DNA of 64,000 bases from Felis catus (Eukaryota), in contig NC_058368.1 in assembly GCF_018350175.1 (NCBI RefSeq), forward strand, positions 140,184,001 to 140,248,000, read 5' to 3'. Below are positions 1 through 12,910 of this stretch, piece by piece; position 1 is the stretch's first letter; every line of letters begins with the position of its first letter. The position numbers were made by a program, and so were the translations under genes. Below the pieces are notes generated by a model that saw nothing but the letters and a program-made list of their open reading frames with translations, was not told the DNA's origin and searched no databases.

Positions 1-397
1 GATATAAGTATGGCTACTCTGGCTTTCTTTTGTTGACCATTAGCATGATAGATGGTTCTCCATCCCCTTATTTTCAATCTGTAGGTGTCTTTAGGTCTAA
101 AGTGGGTCTCTTGTAAACAGCATATAGATGGATCTTGTTTTCTTATACATTCTGTTACCTTATGTCTTTTGATTGGAGCATTGAGTCCATTGACATTTAG
201 GGTGAGTACTGAAAGATATGAATTTAATGCCATTATGATGCTTGTAGAGTTGGAGTTTCTGGTGGTATTCTCTGGTCCTTTCTAATCTTTGTTGCTTTTG
301 GTATGTGTGAATGTATGTATGTATGTATTTATATTTTCATCTTTTCTCCCCTCAGAGAGTCTCCCTTAAAATTTCTTGCAGGGCTGGTTTAGTGGTC
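1..397 (-). mobile_element. LINE-1 (young carnivore type): ORF1 C-terminus, spacer and ORF2 endonuclease N-terminus; runs off the left edge
   Basis: Minus strand from ATG at 233 reads MALNSYLSVLTLNVNGLNAPIKRHKVTECIRKQDPSICCLQETHFRPKDTYRLKIRGWRTIYHANGQQKKARVAILI without stops. The ORF1 end TTKPALQEILRETL* lies at about 350-396. Confidence 0.93.
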
Positions 398-468
398 TGA
401 GCTTGTGCATTTCTAACAAGTTCCCAGGTAATGCTGATACTGCTGGACCAGTCTTTGAGAAGCAAGCC
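398..468. mobile_element. MER5A-like hAT-Charlie fragment next to the L1 5' truncation point
   Basis: tgcatttctaacaagttcccaggtaatgctgatactgctggacca...ctttgagaagc resembles the MER5A core. Confidence 0.65.
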
Positions 469-905
469 TTGAAGGGAAACCTTTGAAAGTCACTAGCCAG
501 TTTGGGAACTTGGATTGTTGGTAACACAAAGCACCCGATTGTTCATATGATGGCTAGATACTCAAGTACTGAGACACTCCAATGGAGATCTGTTGGTTCA
601 TGGTAATTAAATGTTTTGGTCCAATAAAAAGAGTGGGAAAAAATTCACTCTACACTTCTTGATGAGCTCTATGTAGCCAAAGGCAGATAAGACCATTCAC
701 TGCTTCTCTTCAGTATAAGAAAACTTGAAGGAAATAGGTATATTCTCCACAAAAAAGAGAAAATGAATGGGTTTTTGTGAGAAGTTTCTCTTAAAGTAAT
801 TTTAGAGAAAATGTTTTTATGTTTCAGATATTAAATGAGATGTGACTTCTGGTGTAACCTTACATTGCAGGTTGCTAACTCTCACCAAATGGAAATGGTT
901 ACTTT

Positions 906-907
<2 letters not shown>

Positions 908-952
<45 letters not shown>
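908..952. repeat. (CA)n microsatellite
   Basis: About 22 perfect units. Confidence 0.98.
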
Positions 953-955
<3 letters not shown>

Positions 956-1111
956 AACAGATTCTACTAGAAGTCCTTTCTCTCCCTTTAGATTATTTTC
1001 CAGTGTTACCAAATTTAGTGAATTTCTTCTGTGATATTTATCAGCGGGCAGCATACTATTCCAAATTAAGATATTTAATACCCAACCTTATTGTTCTTAT
1101 TGTTTCTAACA

Positions 1112-1176
1112 GGTTTGTTTGTTTTGTTTTGTTTTGCTTTGTTTTGTTTTGTTTTGTTTTGTTTTGTTTTGTTTTT
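1112..1176. repeat. (GTTTT)n microsatellite
   Basis: Tandem pentamer visible directly. Confidence 0.95.
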
Positions 1177-2154
1177 ACCAGAAATATGTTCTAGAGGAAT
1201 TCTAGTTAGATGAAATGTCCCCACATCTATTTAGCACAGTGTAGAGGAAGTTCTGCTGCATGGTTTTGGAATCTGAAAAATAAATCACAAATGTAAAAAG
1301 TCAAATTGCTGAACATATAGAAACCCAAGACAAAGAAGTTAGGACTCTATATTTCCTCCTAGAGCTAAATTAGATTAATGGCCTGTCTAAAACTGAATTA
1401 TTATATGCATTATTCATATTATTATCCCCTTCTATCAGTTTTGGACACATGAAGATATATACTAAGTGCTTTCTGATTCTGTTTTACTGTTTCTTTTGGA
1501 CACACTGACTAGTTAATTTCTAATAAATAAATTTGATGTCGAATAAATAACAAGCAACAGTGAAAGACAACTGAGGCATTTTCTTGCAAATTTGACTTTC
1601 TGTGTTTTAGTTTCCTATTAGTTTATACATTTGTTTAGCACTGTTACTTTTCTGTGAAAAATACAAACTCTTTTATAGAGCACAAAAGGAGTGATGCCAG
1701 TATTGAAGTAAAATCTTCAACTAATTTCCATGATCAAAATTCATAGTGATTGCACAATAACACTGATAAGCATACGTGCTAGTTCTAGTAGTTAGGTAAT
1801 ATAAGTAAAAAGCTGACAGTTTTTAAAAGATTTTTTATGTCAACATTTTAATTAATAGATGAAGAAAACAAATCAAAGCTGTTAAAACACTTGCCTAACT
1901 ATACAAGTAGTTATTGACAAAGATGGTCTTGGAATTCAAACTTCCTTCATAGTTCAGTACTGTTTTTATATTGTCTTCTCATTATTTTTATTTTGTATTT
2001 TATATTTTTTAAATAGTCAGGACATCAGCAAATTTTTATAAATTTTAGTTAAAGAAGCGCAGAAAATATTTCCAAACTAATCACTGAGGTATCAAGGATG
2101 CATCTAGGTGTCTAAAATGTGCATTGCGTTTGCTCCAGATTTACCAAAACAATT

Positions 2155-2950
2155 TCTTTTTTTTTTCTGTGTACAACATAGGAATTCAATAATTAAAACA
2201 TTATGAAATACTCACCATGATAGGTATAGTTGCCATCTGTCACCCTACAAACTTATTACCATATTATTGACTATATTTCTTATATATATACAGTATATGC
2301 TGTACTTTCATCCTTGTGATTTATTTATTGTATAAATGGAAGTTTGTACCTTTCAACCCCATTCACCTATTTCACTCATCTCCCCCATTCCCTTCCCTTA
2401 GGCAACCACCAGTTTGTTTTCTGTATGTATGCGTCTGTTTCTGTTTGTTTGTTCATTTGTATTGTTTTTTAGATTCCACATATAAGTGAAATTATATGGT
2501 CTTTGTCTTTTTCTGATTTATTTTATTTAGCATAATACTCTCTAGGTTCATCCATATTTTTGCAAATGGCAATATTTCATTTTTTAGGCTGAATAATATT
2601 CCATTGTGTGTGTAGATATATGTCACTGTCTTTATCCATTCCTCTATCGATGGACATGTGAGTACAGTCTTCCATATCTTGCCTATTGTAAATAATGGTG
2701 CAGTAGACATAAGGGTGGATATATGTTTTCAAAATAGTATTTTCAATTTCTTTTGATAAGTATCTAAAGTGGAATTACTGGATCATATGGTATTTCTATT
2801 TTTAATTTTTTGACGAACCTCCATACTGTTGTCCATAATGGCTGCACCAATTTACATTCCACCAACAATGTGCAAGGTTTCCCCTTTCTCCACATCCCAC
2901 CAACACTTGCTATTTCTTGTCTTTTGATGCTAGCTCTTCTGACAAAGTGA
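2155..2950 (-). mobile_element. L1 3' end (L1MA9/L1_Carn-like), 5'-truncated
   Basis: Poly-T, ttagattccacatataagtga, ggctgcaccaatttacattccaccaacaatg; minus-strand ORFs 2492-2710 and 2764-2982 resemble the ORF2 C-terminus. Confidence 0.88.
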
Positions 2951-3520
2951 TTTCTTTCTACTACTTTGAATTGCTCTGTCACCCTCCAAAGAAGTAGACA
3001 AGGGAATGTAAATACCTGCTTTCAATCATCCATGGACTTTTTACTGAAACTACAGAAGTGAAGTAAAGAGGAAGGGAGGTGAATTTTCATTTTACTCTAG
3101 GTCTGTTGCCTGATTTTACTTGATAGGCTCTGTATGTGATCTATGGACAACCCTACGACTATATTCATTTCCAAAGTTACTTTAACTCACGTGCAAATGT
3201 CGAAATACAATTCAGCAGAGGGGAATGATGGGATATGTGGTGGCTGTGGGTAGTACTGTGAGCCTTTTGTAGATCATTACCTGTGCATGATGTGTATATA
3301 ACTGTTCCAATTATTTCGGTCATAATTGGCTGAATCCTTTTAAAAAGGAGCTGGCCAGAGTTCTGAAATGCCTGGCTAGTCTAACACAAAAACATTAGAA
3401 CAGCACCTCTTGAACTTATTTGACCATGGAACAATTGAAACCAAATTCAGTGAACAAGGACAAATTCTCATCTTTTGTTACCTGTTAGCAAGTTTTTGAC
3501 ACAGTTGATTATTACCTCCT

Positions 3521-4620
3521 TGTGCTAGTTGCTCAGGTATTGTGTCTCTCAACTATAAGACTACCATTGTATATTCTGTTTGTGATGATAGTGATGGGAC
3601 ACTACAAACTAGATTTCTGACATGGCTCCATGTTAGATTCTGCCAGTAGGAGGTGCTAGAGGGAGATTGAGAGTCTGGAGAAGGAAGAACAGCCTTGCTC
3701 CTTCTCAGTCACTTCCCACTGGCTTTCTGTCTACATGTGATTTTTGTGAGTGTCATAGCTGAGAAAAAATGTCTTCACTCCAGAAGGGACAGTTCCTTCC
3801 TGTTGCCACATAGGATTCCAGTTTACAGTTTTTCCAATACTTGCAGGACCTGCCTGTACTGGGTTAAGTAGTGTCCCTTTAAAATTCATATCTTTCCAGA
3901 ACCTCAGTAGGTGACTTTATTTGAAAATAGAATTTTTGCAGGTCTAATTAGTCACGATGAGGTTTTACTGGATTAGCCCTCGACCTAATGAGTGGTGTCT
4001 TTATAAGAAGATCCTGTGAAGATGGAGGCTGAGATTGGAATGATGCATCTTCAAACCAAGGGATGCCAAGGATTCCTGGGAATCACCAGAAATTAGGAGA
4101 AAGGCATGGGGTAGGTCTCCCCAAGAGCCTTCACAGGGAGCATGGCCATGCTGACCCCTTGATTTCAGGCTTCAAGCCTCCAGACTGTGAGAGGATACAT
4201 TTCTGCTGTCTTAAGCCATCAGGTTTGTGATAGTTTGTATGGCATCCCTGGGATACTAATGCACTGCTTCGTCATAGCCTGCTCAGAGACATAAGCACCA
4301 GGTGGCTGACAGCCTGTTGTTAGGAAAAGGTTCCCAGACCCACGAGGTTCCTCCTTTGAGCTCAGAAACAGCAATGCCATTTGAGAAGCACCTGCTTCTC
4401 AGGGGTCTGAGTTTAGGTTTGTGGGACCCTTTCTCTAAGCTTATTTAATACTTCAAACACCATTCCTTTGGTTCCCTCAGCCCTAGAGGCCATAGTTTTT
4501 TCTTGCAATTCCTTAAAGTTCTACTTTTACCCTTTTGTTACCTGGTTAACAGTTTCAAACGATAAATATTTACATTAAATTCTCTCAATTGAGTCTCCTT
4601 ACTGGATCCTGACTGATAGT
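3521..4620 (+). mobile_element. LTR33-like ERVL solo LTR containing an MLT1 insertion
   Basis: Starts tgtgctagttgctcag, ends attaaattctct...ctggatcctgactgata. 5-bp flanks ctcct/ctcat form a TSD with 1 mismatch. Confidence 0.72.
3855..4263 (+). mobile_element. MLT1 (B/C-like) MaLR solo LTR
   Basis: TG...CA ends, gtgaagatggaggctgagattgga, gcctccagactgtgaga, ttaagcca; 5-bp flanks ctgcc/ctgct. Confidence 0.88.
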
Positions 4621-7600
4621 CTCATTATTAAATCTCATTGAAATCAGACTCTCTTGGGCCTCCTTCTGCCGCATAAATCACTCCTCAATCTATTCTGCTG
4701 GTTTATCCTCTTTTCTAACACCTCTTAACCTTTCAGTCACCCAGGGTTCAATCCTCTCCTCTCCTCCCCTCCTCTCTCTTTTCTTCTCTACCTATACTCA
4801 CTCTCTTGGTGATCTCATCCATTCTTAGGGCTTGAGGATCCTCTATGCTGTTGACTCTTAAATGCATGTAACTTTGACCCAGACTGCTGTACCCTGAACT
4901 TCAACTACATACTCAGCATCTCCACTGGATGTCTAATCTGTAGGTAAAATTTAATATGTCCAAAACCCGAATTCTCAATCCTTTCTCCCCACCCCCCACC
5001 CAAGCCTGTTGCTTCTGCACCCTACCCCATCACAGTTAATGGAAAATCCCTCCTTCTCCTCCCTCTCTATCCTCTCACACTCCACACCAGAAAGTCTTTG
5101 TGTCTCCACTTTTAAATTATGTCTGGAAACTGACCATTTCTCACCACCTCCATTGCTGCCCCCCAACCCCCATCTGAACCATCTGAATTACTGAAGTAGT
5201 TTCCTACCTGGTTTCTGGTTCTCTAGAGTTTATGTCAGCATAGCAGCCAGACACATATCTTAAACCAAAGTCAGATTATGTCCCTTCTCTGCTCAGATCC
5301 CTGCAGCAGCTCCTGTCATACTCAGAATAAAAGCCTAAGTCCTTACAGATGTCCACAAGGCTTTACCTTATCTGATCCTTGTTACATTTCTGAGTTTATC
5401 TCCTACTTTTCCCTGTTATCAGCCTGTTCCAAGCTCCTTGCTGTTCCTCTAATATGCTGAGAACAATCGTGATTAGGGATTGAGTTCTGTCTGCTACCCT
5501 GAAAATTCTTTCCCCATATATATCCTCTTGGATGGCTCTCACCCCCTTTAAGTCATTGCCCCAATCTTATCTCAATGAGGCCTAATCTGAATTCCCTAAT
5601 TATTACTACAATCCACCCCCTTCCCACTCACAAGCCTCCATGCCTTACTATTTATTTTTCATAGCATAGATTATCTTCTAATAACGAGCTGATTTATTTC
5701 AGTGTGTTTATTATTTATTGTCTTTCTCCCCATGCTAGCATGGAAACTCCATAAGGCACGGATCTTGCTTGTCATTGTTGCATTCTGGGTGCCTAGAATA
5801 GTGTCTGACATAGCAGAAAGGCGATAAATATCTGCCGAATGTGAAAAGAATGTTCACAGATCACTCACAGAAGCTCAAGAAAAGTGCTAAACATTTGGGG
5901 TTAAAGTAGACCACAAAAATGAGTACACAAAGGAACTGAATACTGCCAGAAATAACCAAATAATCCAATGAAAAAATAAACACTTCCAACAGTAGGTTTC
6001 TTATGAAAATCAGCAAGTGATCCAAAAATGGAATAATTAAGGGTTTGAAGTATTCTAATTTGAGCACAACAGAGTGTTGCAAAATGTGAGTATTATAAAC
6101 TTTTTGCTTATTTCCAACAGTCTGAGAACAATGAGACCTTGTTGCTTTTGTGAATTCTAAATGTTTAATATACAATAACACCTGTTACTATTTCTTCAAC
6201 CTCTTTTCTGCCCAGCATAGTTTAAGAAATGCTGCCATAGAATAATGGGCTGGCACAAAAGCTGGCTTTTGCACACACACAATTCAGATCTAACAAGCAA
6301 GCAACACTTCTGAGATTTCAGTTTGCAGTTACATTTTCATTCGATACTGAGTTTCAGAGTTAAGAATTGATTACCTAGGATATGTGAGGAGTATTTGAAG
6401 ATCCATAAAGGAAGCAATGTTCTCAAAAGAATTAATTTTTACAGTGTTTTGTTAAGATTGGCCATTTAAAAATAATGTTTAATTCTTGAAAAACAGAAAA
6501 TATCTACAGATCCCCTTAAACTTTACATTACAACTAAGTATGCAAAAAAACCACCACATTTTAAGAAAAGGTCACTTGCATTTAGTCTACACAACACAGT
6601 GGGCAAATGTTGAAGATATTTGTTTTCCAGGATAGTTTTTTAGAGTTATTTGTCTACACTGAACATAACCCCCCCCCCCTTTTTTTTTAGAGCCAGTGAC
6701 CCATGGTCAGCACAGGGCAGAGAACCAACAGAAGATCATATGATGTGAAAGCAACTTAAAGATCTTTTAAAAGTATTAGGAAAGCTTTTTATAGAAATCT
6801 TGCATTTTAAAAATTAATAACAAAGACATGAAATCAGACAGTAATATGAAAATCACCAGTTAACTTCTGTTCTATAATGTGGTCAATAAAAAGAGTTAAC
6901 ATGAGAGTGAGGTCTTCTATGTAGGTATAAAGAAGAACACAAGGAGAGGTATGGAGGCAAAAGAATTTAGAAAAGTCACACAGAAGGGCAGTGATAGGAA
7001 TATGAGAACAGAGTATGTTCAGACACTAATTTTGTCAGGAATTAGAGACATGGGCAACATTTGCAGAATTTGCTTTAAAGACATGTTTTAATTTCTGTAT
7101 TTTTACATAAAATTTTTAAGCACAAGTGTCCTTGAAATTTTGTTCATCACCATATTAGAGAAGAAAATACCATTCCTCTCTGGAAAAAAAATGCTGTATC
7201 TATATCCTGTAGAGGAAAAAAGATTTCTTTGCATTGGATAAACTTAAAATCCTAAAAGGCCATATTTTGATTTCAAGCTGAGGCTTTAAACTGTCTGTTG
7301 CTACTTGACCTAGGAATCATATGGGGGAAAAAAAATGTGAGTTTGGTTTTCCATCCTAAAGCAAATAGAGGCAACTTGTTAATTTGGTTAATTGCAGTGA
7401 AAAAAAATGATTTGGTTGTTTGGCATTGTGTGGACAAAGAAGAGGTTGACTAACTAATGAGCTATATGCTTGTGTTGGTTTCTTGTTTTCACCATTGTCC
7501 TGTTGATTCTAGAGGCAAAGTGGTAAGCCCTGGGAAATTACTATACTTCTGAACTTAGTGATTCATTTTAATTGCTTTTTTATGGGGCTCTTAGGGTTTT

Positions 7601-7714
7601 CTGTATCTAATATTAAGGAAACTAATACAATGGTTTGTATCTAGAAAAGATATTTCAAGACAGGATGTTAAGCCAACTCTGATTTTCCATAGAACTAGAG
7701 TAACAATTAAAGGT

Positions 7715-7921
7715 GGGGCTCCTGGGTGGCTCAGTCAGTTGGTTATGCATCTGACTTTGATTTCAGCTCAGGGCATGATCTCATGGTCCTGAGATCAAGC
7801 CCTGAGTGGGGCTCCATGCTGGGTGTGGAGCCTGCTTAAGATTTCTCTCTGCCCTCCCTTGCTCAAGCACTCGTCCTCTCTCTCAAACACAGACACAGAC
7901 ACACACACACCAAAAAACAAA
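7715..7921 (+). mobile_element. CanSINE (older SINEC type)
   Basis: ggggctcctgggtggctcagtc head; TSD taacaattaaaggt/taacaattagaggt. Confidence 0.92.
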
Positions 7922-8777
7922 TAACAATTAGAGGTTACATTTTGTCACCAACTATTCTTCAGGGGAGACTACCCACAGTATTTGGAATCACCTAACAACT
8001 GTAAATGGTGTCTCTACCAAGTAGTGAAGTGTTTTTCTAACGTGCATGCCACAAAAGGACTTTCTTTTTATGTTTCTTGAGATCTTTCGGCAAAGATTGC
8101 TGCTGAACAGGAGAGAAGCTGTGAGAGCATGTCCACACAGTTGGATGAGCCAGGCAGGGACAGGAGTAGAGGAGGAAATCAAGGGCATGGAGTATCACCG
8201 GTAGACCCCCTCTGCTCCTACAGGAAGTGGGGGCATGAGCTCTATCAGTGGCAGTGCAGCCTGTGTAGGAACACGCTTGAGTAGGATTGCTTTATTTGTA
8301 TGTGGAGTGAGTAGGCATGGTGCTGTCTCAAGCCAAGGCGTGATCCTGAAGGAGCTATTAATCTAACTCGGCAGACCTTCAGGGTTTGTGGACTTAGTAT
8401 TTGGGATTGTACAGTCAAAGGCAGTCCGGTGAGCCTTTGACTTATAGTAATAATTGCTGGTGGATCTCAGGGTGCAAAGCTGGCGTGCAGAAGGGTACTA
8501 TGCAGGTGTGAGCAGCCTGGCAGCCCATTGGCACTGACGCTTTGTGGCAGCTCGTTGATCGCTGTTTGCCTCCTTATATGCATCGAATGGAGAAATTAGA
8601 AACTGAATTCTGGAATTCAGGATAGGATGAAACACATCGGAAAGCAGGTACAGTGTTGCCTGCCTGCCGTAGCAATGCTAGGACCACGAGTGTTTGAAGT
8701 TCATGCGGCTGGGCAGCTGAAAGAGAGCAAGATTCAGACATGGCTGGGCTTCACATGTGTTAGAACGGGACTCCCAT

Positions 8778-8945
8778 GGAGCATCGGGGTGGCTCAGTCT
8801 ACTGAGTGTCTGACTCTTGATTTTGACTCAGGTCATGATCCCAGGGTCATGGGATTTGAGCCCCACATTGACCTGTATGCAGAATGCGAAGCTGTTTAAG
8901 ATTCTCTCTCCCTCTGCCCTTCCACCCCAGTCACACACTCTGTTT
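8778..8945 (+). mobile_element. CanSINE (old), tail converted to a compound microsatellite
   Basis: gtggctcagtc...tcaggtcatgatcccagggtcatgggat, CT-rich segment. Confidence 0.88.
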
Positions 8946-9059
8946 ATAGAATAGAATAGAATAGAATAGAATAGAATAGAATAGAATAGAATAGAATAAA
9001 AAATAAACATAACATAACATAACATAACATAACATAACATAACATAACATAACATAACA
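8946..9059. repeat. Compound (ATAGA)n (AACAT)n microsatellite
   Basis: About 10 ATAGA units, then about 11 AACAT units. Confidence 0.96.
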
Positions 9060-10005
9060 CTAGTCTTCTGTGACTCTGGACCATCCCAATAGATCACACA
9101 GTATCCATTTCTCTATGAAATCCTTTCTAAGTACAAATTAAGATCATATGAGATAATATATGTGAAATTGTTTACAAATGTTAATGTACTGTATAGATGT
9201 TGCAGCATAAATGCATATCCCTGAACACCAGGGGTGAGGGGTTGAATATTACCTGTATTGCAGTTTCTGTATTATGCACCAAGTGGGGAAACAAACATTT
9301 GGGGGAGAGGCGTGAAGGGAACAGATAAGCCTTATTGATTCTGCTTACATTTAGAAAACCTTTTAGGATCTTTTAAATCATTAGGACCAAAAGTTCTCAC
9401 TTATTTAAAAAAAATATCAATTTAGAACATGAAACCATTTTCAGCCAGGAGGAACATAATCCACTTACTGTGTTGTTGTTTTTTTTTTTTTGTAGTTACC
9501 GTTATTTTTCCTTGCAGACATGGTGGGCTAGTCCTCAAAGCACAAATGTCCCAGGTACTCTGTTAAAGCACTGGTCATTTCATAACGAGTCTTTCAAAGT
9601 CTGGTTCACACACCCCTGGCATTGCTTGAAAATAGAATCAAGTGTAAGGTAGAGCCCACACTCAGCCTGTGGACCTTTCTGCCTTTGAGCAAGCTTGTGG
9701 AATGGACCCCTTCCGTCCTCCTCCTGTCCTGGCCTCTTGTGTGTACAGCATGTCCCATAGTGGTATGTATTCCAGCTTGTTATAATGAGGCTGGAATCCC
9801 ACCAGAGAGTGAATTCAGAGGGAACAGGCTATTCTTTCTTCTCTCTGGCCTCCCACTCCTCTCCTCCTGCCCATTAGGTCTGTAAGCCTGGGCACTCAGA
9901 AATATGGACTAGATTAAATACTACCATGGCCCACGAGTTATTTTTGTTAATGTAATGAAAGACTGTAAGTTATTTCACTATTTCTCTTTTTTTATCTAAA
10001 CCTTT

Positions 10006-10099
10006 ATTTTTTTATATATTAAATATAATTTGTCAAATTGGTTTCCATATAACGCCCAGTGCTCATCCCAAGAGGTGCCCTCCTCAATGCCCATCACCC
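10006..10099 (-). mobile_element. Very short (94 bp) felid-type L1 3' end
   Basis: gtcaaattggtttccatataacgcccagtgctcatccca; TSD tatctaaaccttt (9993-10005) / tatctagaccttt (10100-10112). Confidence 0.85.
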
Positions 10100-10844
10100 T
10101 ATCTAGACCTTTCTTAATGAACCACATGTGATTTCCTTATGACTATAGCATTAATGGTGACTACTTACAATTACTACATGTGAATTGTGCGAGAGAGACT
10201 GGGAGCAGGTGAAGGAAGGCACATTTCCAGCGAGGAAATATATTTGTCCTCCTCCCTCTACCCTCAGTATTTCCAGTATGTATTTCCATTTGGAGAGTGG
10301 CCTGCAGAACTGTTACCATTAGATTCCATTCTGCTGATGGAGACTGAAGACAAAAGGAACATCATTCTGTAGACCATACTAGCCATGACAGAAACAGCTG
10401 ACTACCCAGTGGTAACATCAAATAATTTGCCGCCCCAAGGTTGGACCAAGAAACATCAGAATTCATTTGCTTCTCTGAGATCATATTGAGAGGCACCGGT
10501 GGTCCTCCTGCTCCTGTACTGTGGCGGTTGCATCGATTGAAGAGAGGGCCGGTCTTTCTTGAGAGAGCCTTCTCTTGTTGGCAGAATCAGGAAAATGTTT
10601 TCACCCCTGTTGCATCTCACTCCTGATGAGGGTACCCTGACACTCATCCTGGGAATGCTTGTTCTGTAAGATATTCTGGCGTCAGGTAAGTCTGGGCGAC
10701 ATTGTTTTTTTCCCCTTCATGGAGGAAAGACACACACAAAGCATGGGTAGCAAGCATATCAAAGGGCTTGAGAAGGTCTGTAAAATCAGTTACCACAAAA
10801 AAAGATTCAGTTTTGCTTAATTTAGTGTTCCATTCAGGCATTTG

Positions 10845-11500
10845 TTTTATAAAAAATGTTAGAAAGTGTTAGGCATTTTTCTAGGTGCTGGGAATTTAGC
10901 CAAGAACAATATAAAAGTTCCTTTTTTCATGGAGTTCATAGTTTGTGGGAATAGTCACATAATAAACAAGTCAAAATATGTAATATATTGTCAGATAATG
11001 AACGATGATAAGAAAAACATCATAAAGGGTCAGAGAGTGATGATGTGGGGACACTGTCTTAGACAGTATGCTCTAGGGCTCTATGTGAGGGCAACATTTG
11101 AAAAGGGACTAAAAGGAAATAAGGGAGGGAGGCCAACAGTTATGAGGGAGGGGGAAGAGCATTCTAAGCAGAGGAAAGAGCAAGTGCAAAGGTCCTGAGG
11201 CAGAAGAGTGTTTGGCATATTGGAGTAGGCTGGGATGGGGTGAGGGGGTGTAGTAGAAGTTGAGACAAGAGAGGAGATTGGCCAGGCTCTGTAGGGGCAA
11301 AGGGAGTCCGAAGAAGCCGCTAGAGGGCTCTTAGCACTGAAATGATATTTTCTGCCCTATCTTTGGAAAGGATTTCTCTGCTTTTTATGTGGAGAAGAGC
11401 CTCTAAGGTCAAAGGTAGAACCAGGAAGACCACTGCACTGTCCAGGTGAGACAAGATGGTGGCTTGGACCAGGTGATGAGCAGTGGAGGTGGTGAGAAAG
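10845..11500 (-). mobile_element. L2 fragment
   Basis: ctaggtgctgggaatttagc, gagcaagtgcaaaggtcctgaggcag, gtggcttggaccaggtgatgagcagtggaggtggtgagaa. Confidence 0.8.
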
Positions 11501-12689
11501 TAACATGTGTATTCCCATCTTAATTTTCCATAAACTTTCTTTTTGAGGAATGCTTTTTAATATCTCTTGGAGTGCATTTTAGAAAACATTGCTGTATGTC
11601 ATCAGATGTCAATCATGTATTCCTGTCAGTTGTGGAAGTGCTTTTATACCTTCCTCCTTGGTGCTAAACCGTAATGAATAACAATGTCAGAAAGGTGAGA
11701 CACCAAAAAGCTAAAGGAAGAAACTGAACATTTCAGTTTTAGCAAGTGTGGTCAAGGTTGAGTTTGACTCTTGGCCCCAGTGGTGTGACAGTCACAGAAG
11801 GCATTGGAAGTCCATTTTTGTTTTTATTTTTGCTTATTTTTTTTTTCTGACACAGGTACAATTGTGCAAAAGACTCTCACGCATGACATATTTTTATTTC
11901 GATGTATACTGAGTTCCTACTATAGCTAATTAATAAGCTAATACATTAGTCTGTTAATACTTTACTTGGCCACCTTTGCCTGATCAAATCAGTTTAGATC
12001 TCACTCTATCCAAGCTTATCACAATAACATGTGCCAACACATAGCTTTTATCGCATTGTAAGACACTTATCTGTCTAGTGGTTGGATGTTCCACTAAATG
12101 GGAAATTCCCTGATGGTGAGGATCCATGCCTTTAATTTCTGCATGCATAGAGCCTAGGTAGAGTCCAGACCCTACTATTGAGTAGGTGACAATAGCTGTT
12201 GGTTGAATGGGTGTCCAGGATTGCCTTGGGGACTAAGGATATGAGATGAACCCAAACACAGTCTCTTCCTTTAAAGAACTAGTAGTCTGGTGGGGTGGAT
12301 GGATGAATTCTGGCTTCCCTGCGATGGTTGCTATAGGCCAAGATCTGTTCTTATACAGATAGAATATTCAGTAGTCCACTTGAAGGGTTTTCAACCAAGA
12401 AATTCCTCTCGTCCCACAATATCTAACTTATCAACCCCATTTGTGAGGTCAGAATTCCATAATTTACACGTTTCCTTGGACTAAGGAGTTCAAAGCCAAA
12501 CACCTCAGAGACGGGAGGAGTACTTGAGGCACTCCTTAGCCATTTATTTATATGTTGTATGTGAATTACTGAGCAGCTCCATTTGCCCAGTGGTAGTAAA
12601 GGAAAAGGTTTTGTTGGAAGAGAGAGGAGGGCACCCATTCTCCAGTGGCTACCTTGATCATGCAGAATTATCTTGTAGCAAGAGAGCAC

Positions 12690-12910
12690 TAGACTCTTAA
12701 CTATGGAGGACAAACTGATGGCTGCCAAAGGGAAAGTGGGTGGGGAGGATGGGTTACATAGGTCATGGGAATTAAGGAAGACCCTTGTAGTGAGCACCAG
12801 GTGATGTATGTAAGTGCTGAATCTCTGCATTGTACACTTGAAACGAATATTACACTGTATGTTAACTGACTAGAATTTCAATAAAAACTTCAAAAAGAAA
12901 AAAATAAATA
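12690..12910 (+). mobile_element. L1 carnivore-type 3' UTR fragment with poly-A
   Basis: agactcttaactat...gagcaccaggtgatgtatgtaagtgctgaatc...tgtatgttaactgactagaatttcaataaaaac plus A-rich tail. Confidence 0.88.

Larger units (their letters stand above)
3460..5845 (+). mobile_element. L2 element interrupted by LTR33 (pieces about 3460-3520 and 4621-5845)
   Basis: tttgacacagttgat..cctcctt, gcatctccactggatgtcta, and an L2-type 3' end cctagaatagtgtctgacatag...ataaatatctgccgaatg. Confidence 0.75.

Noticed and set aside
6567..6574. NBRE motif AAAGGTCA (NURR1 site), also at 63723-63730
   Set aside because: Biologically appealing, but about two hits of an 8-mer are expected by chance on both strands of 64 kb.
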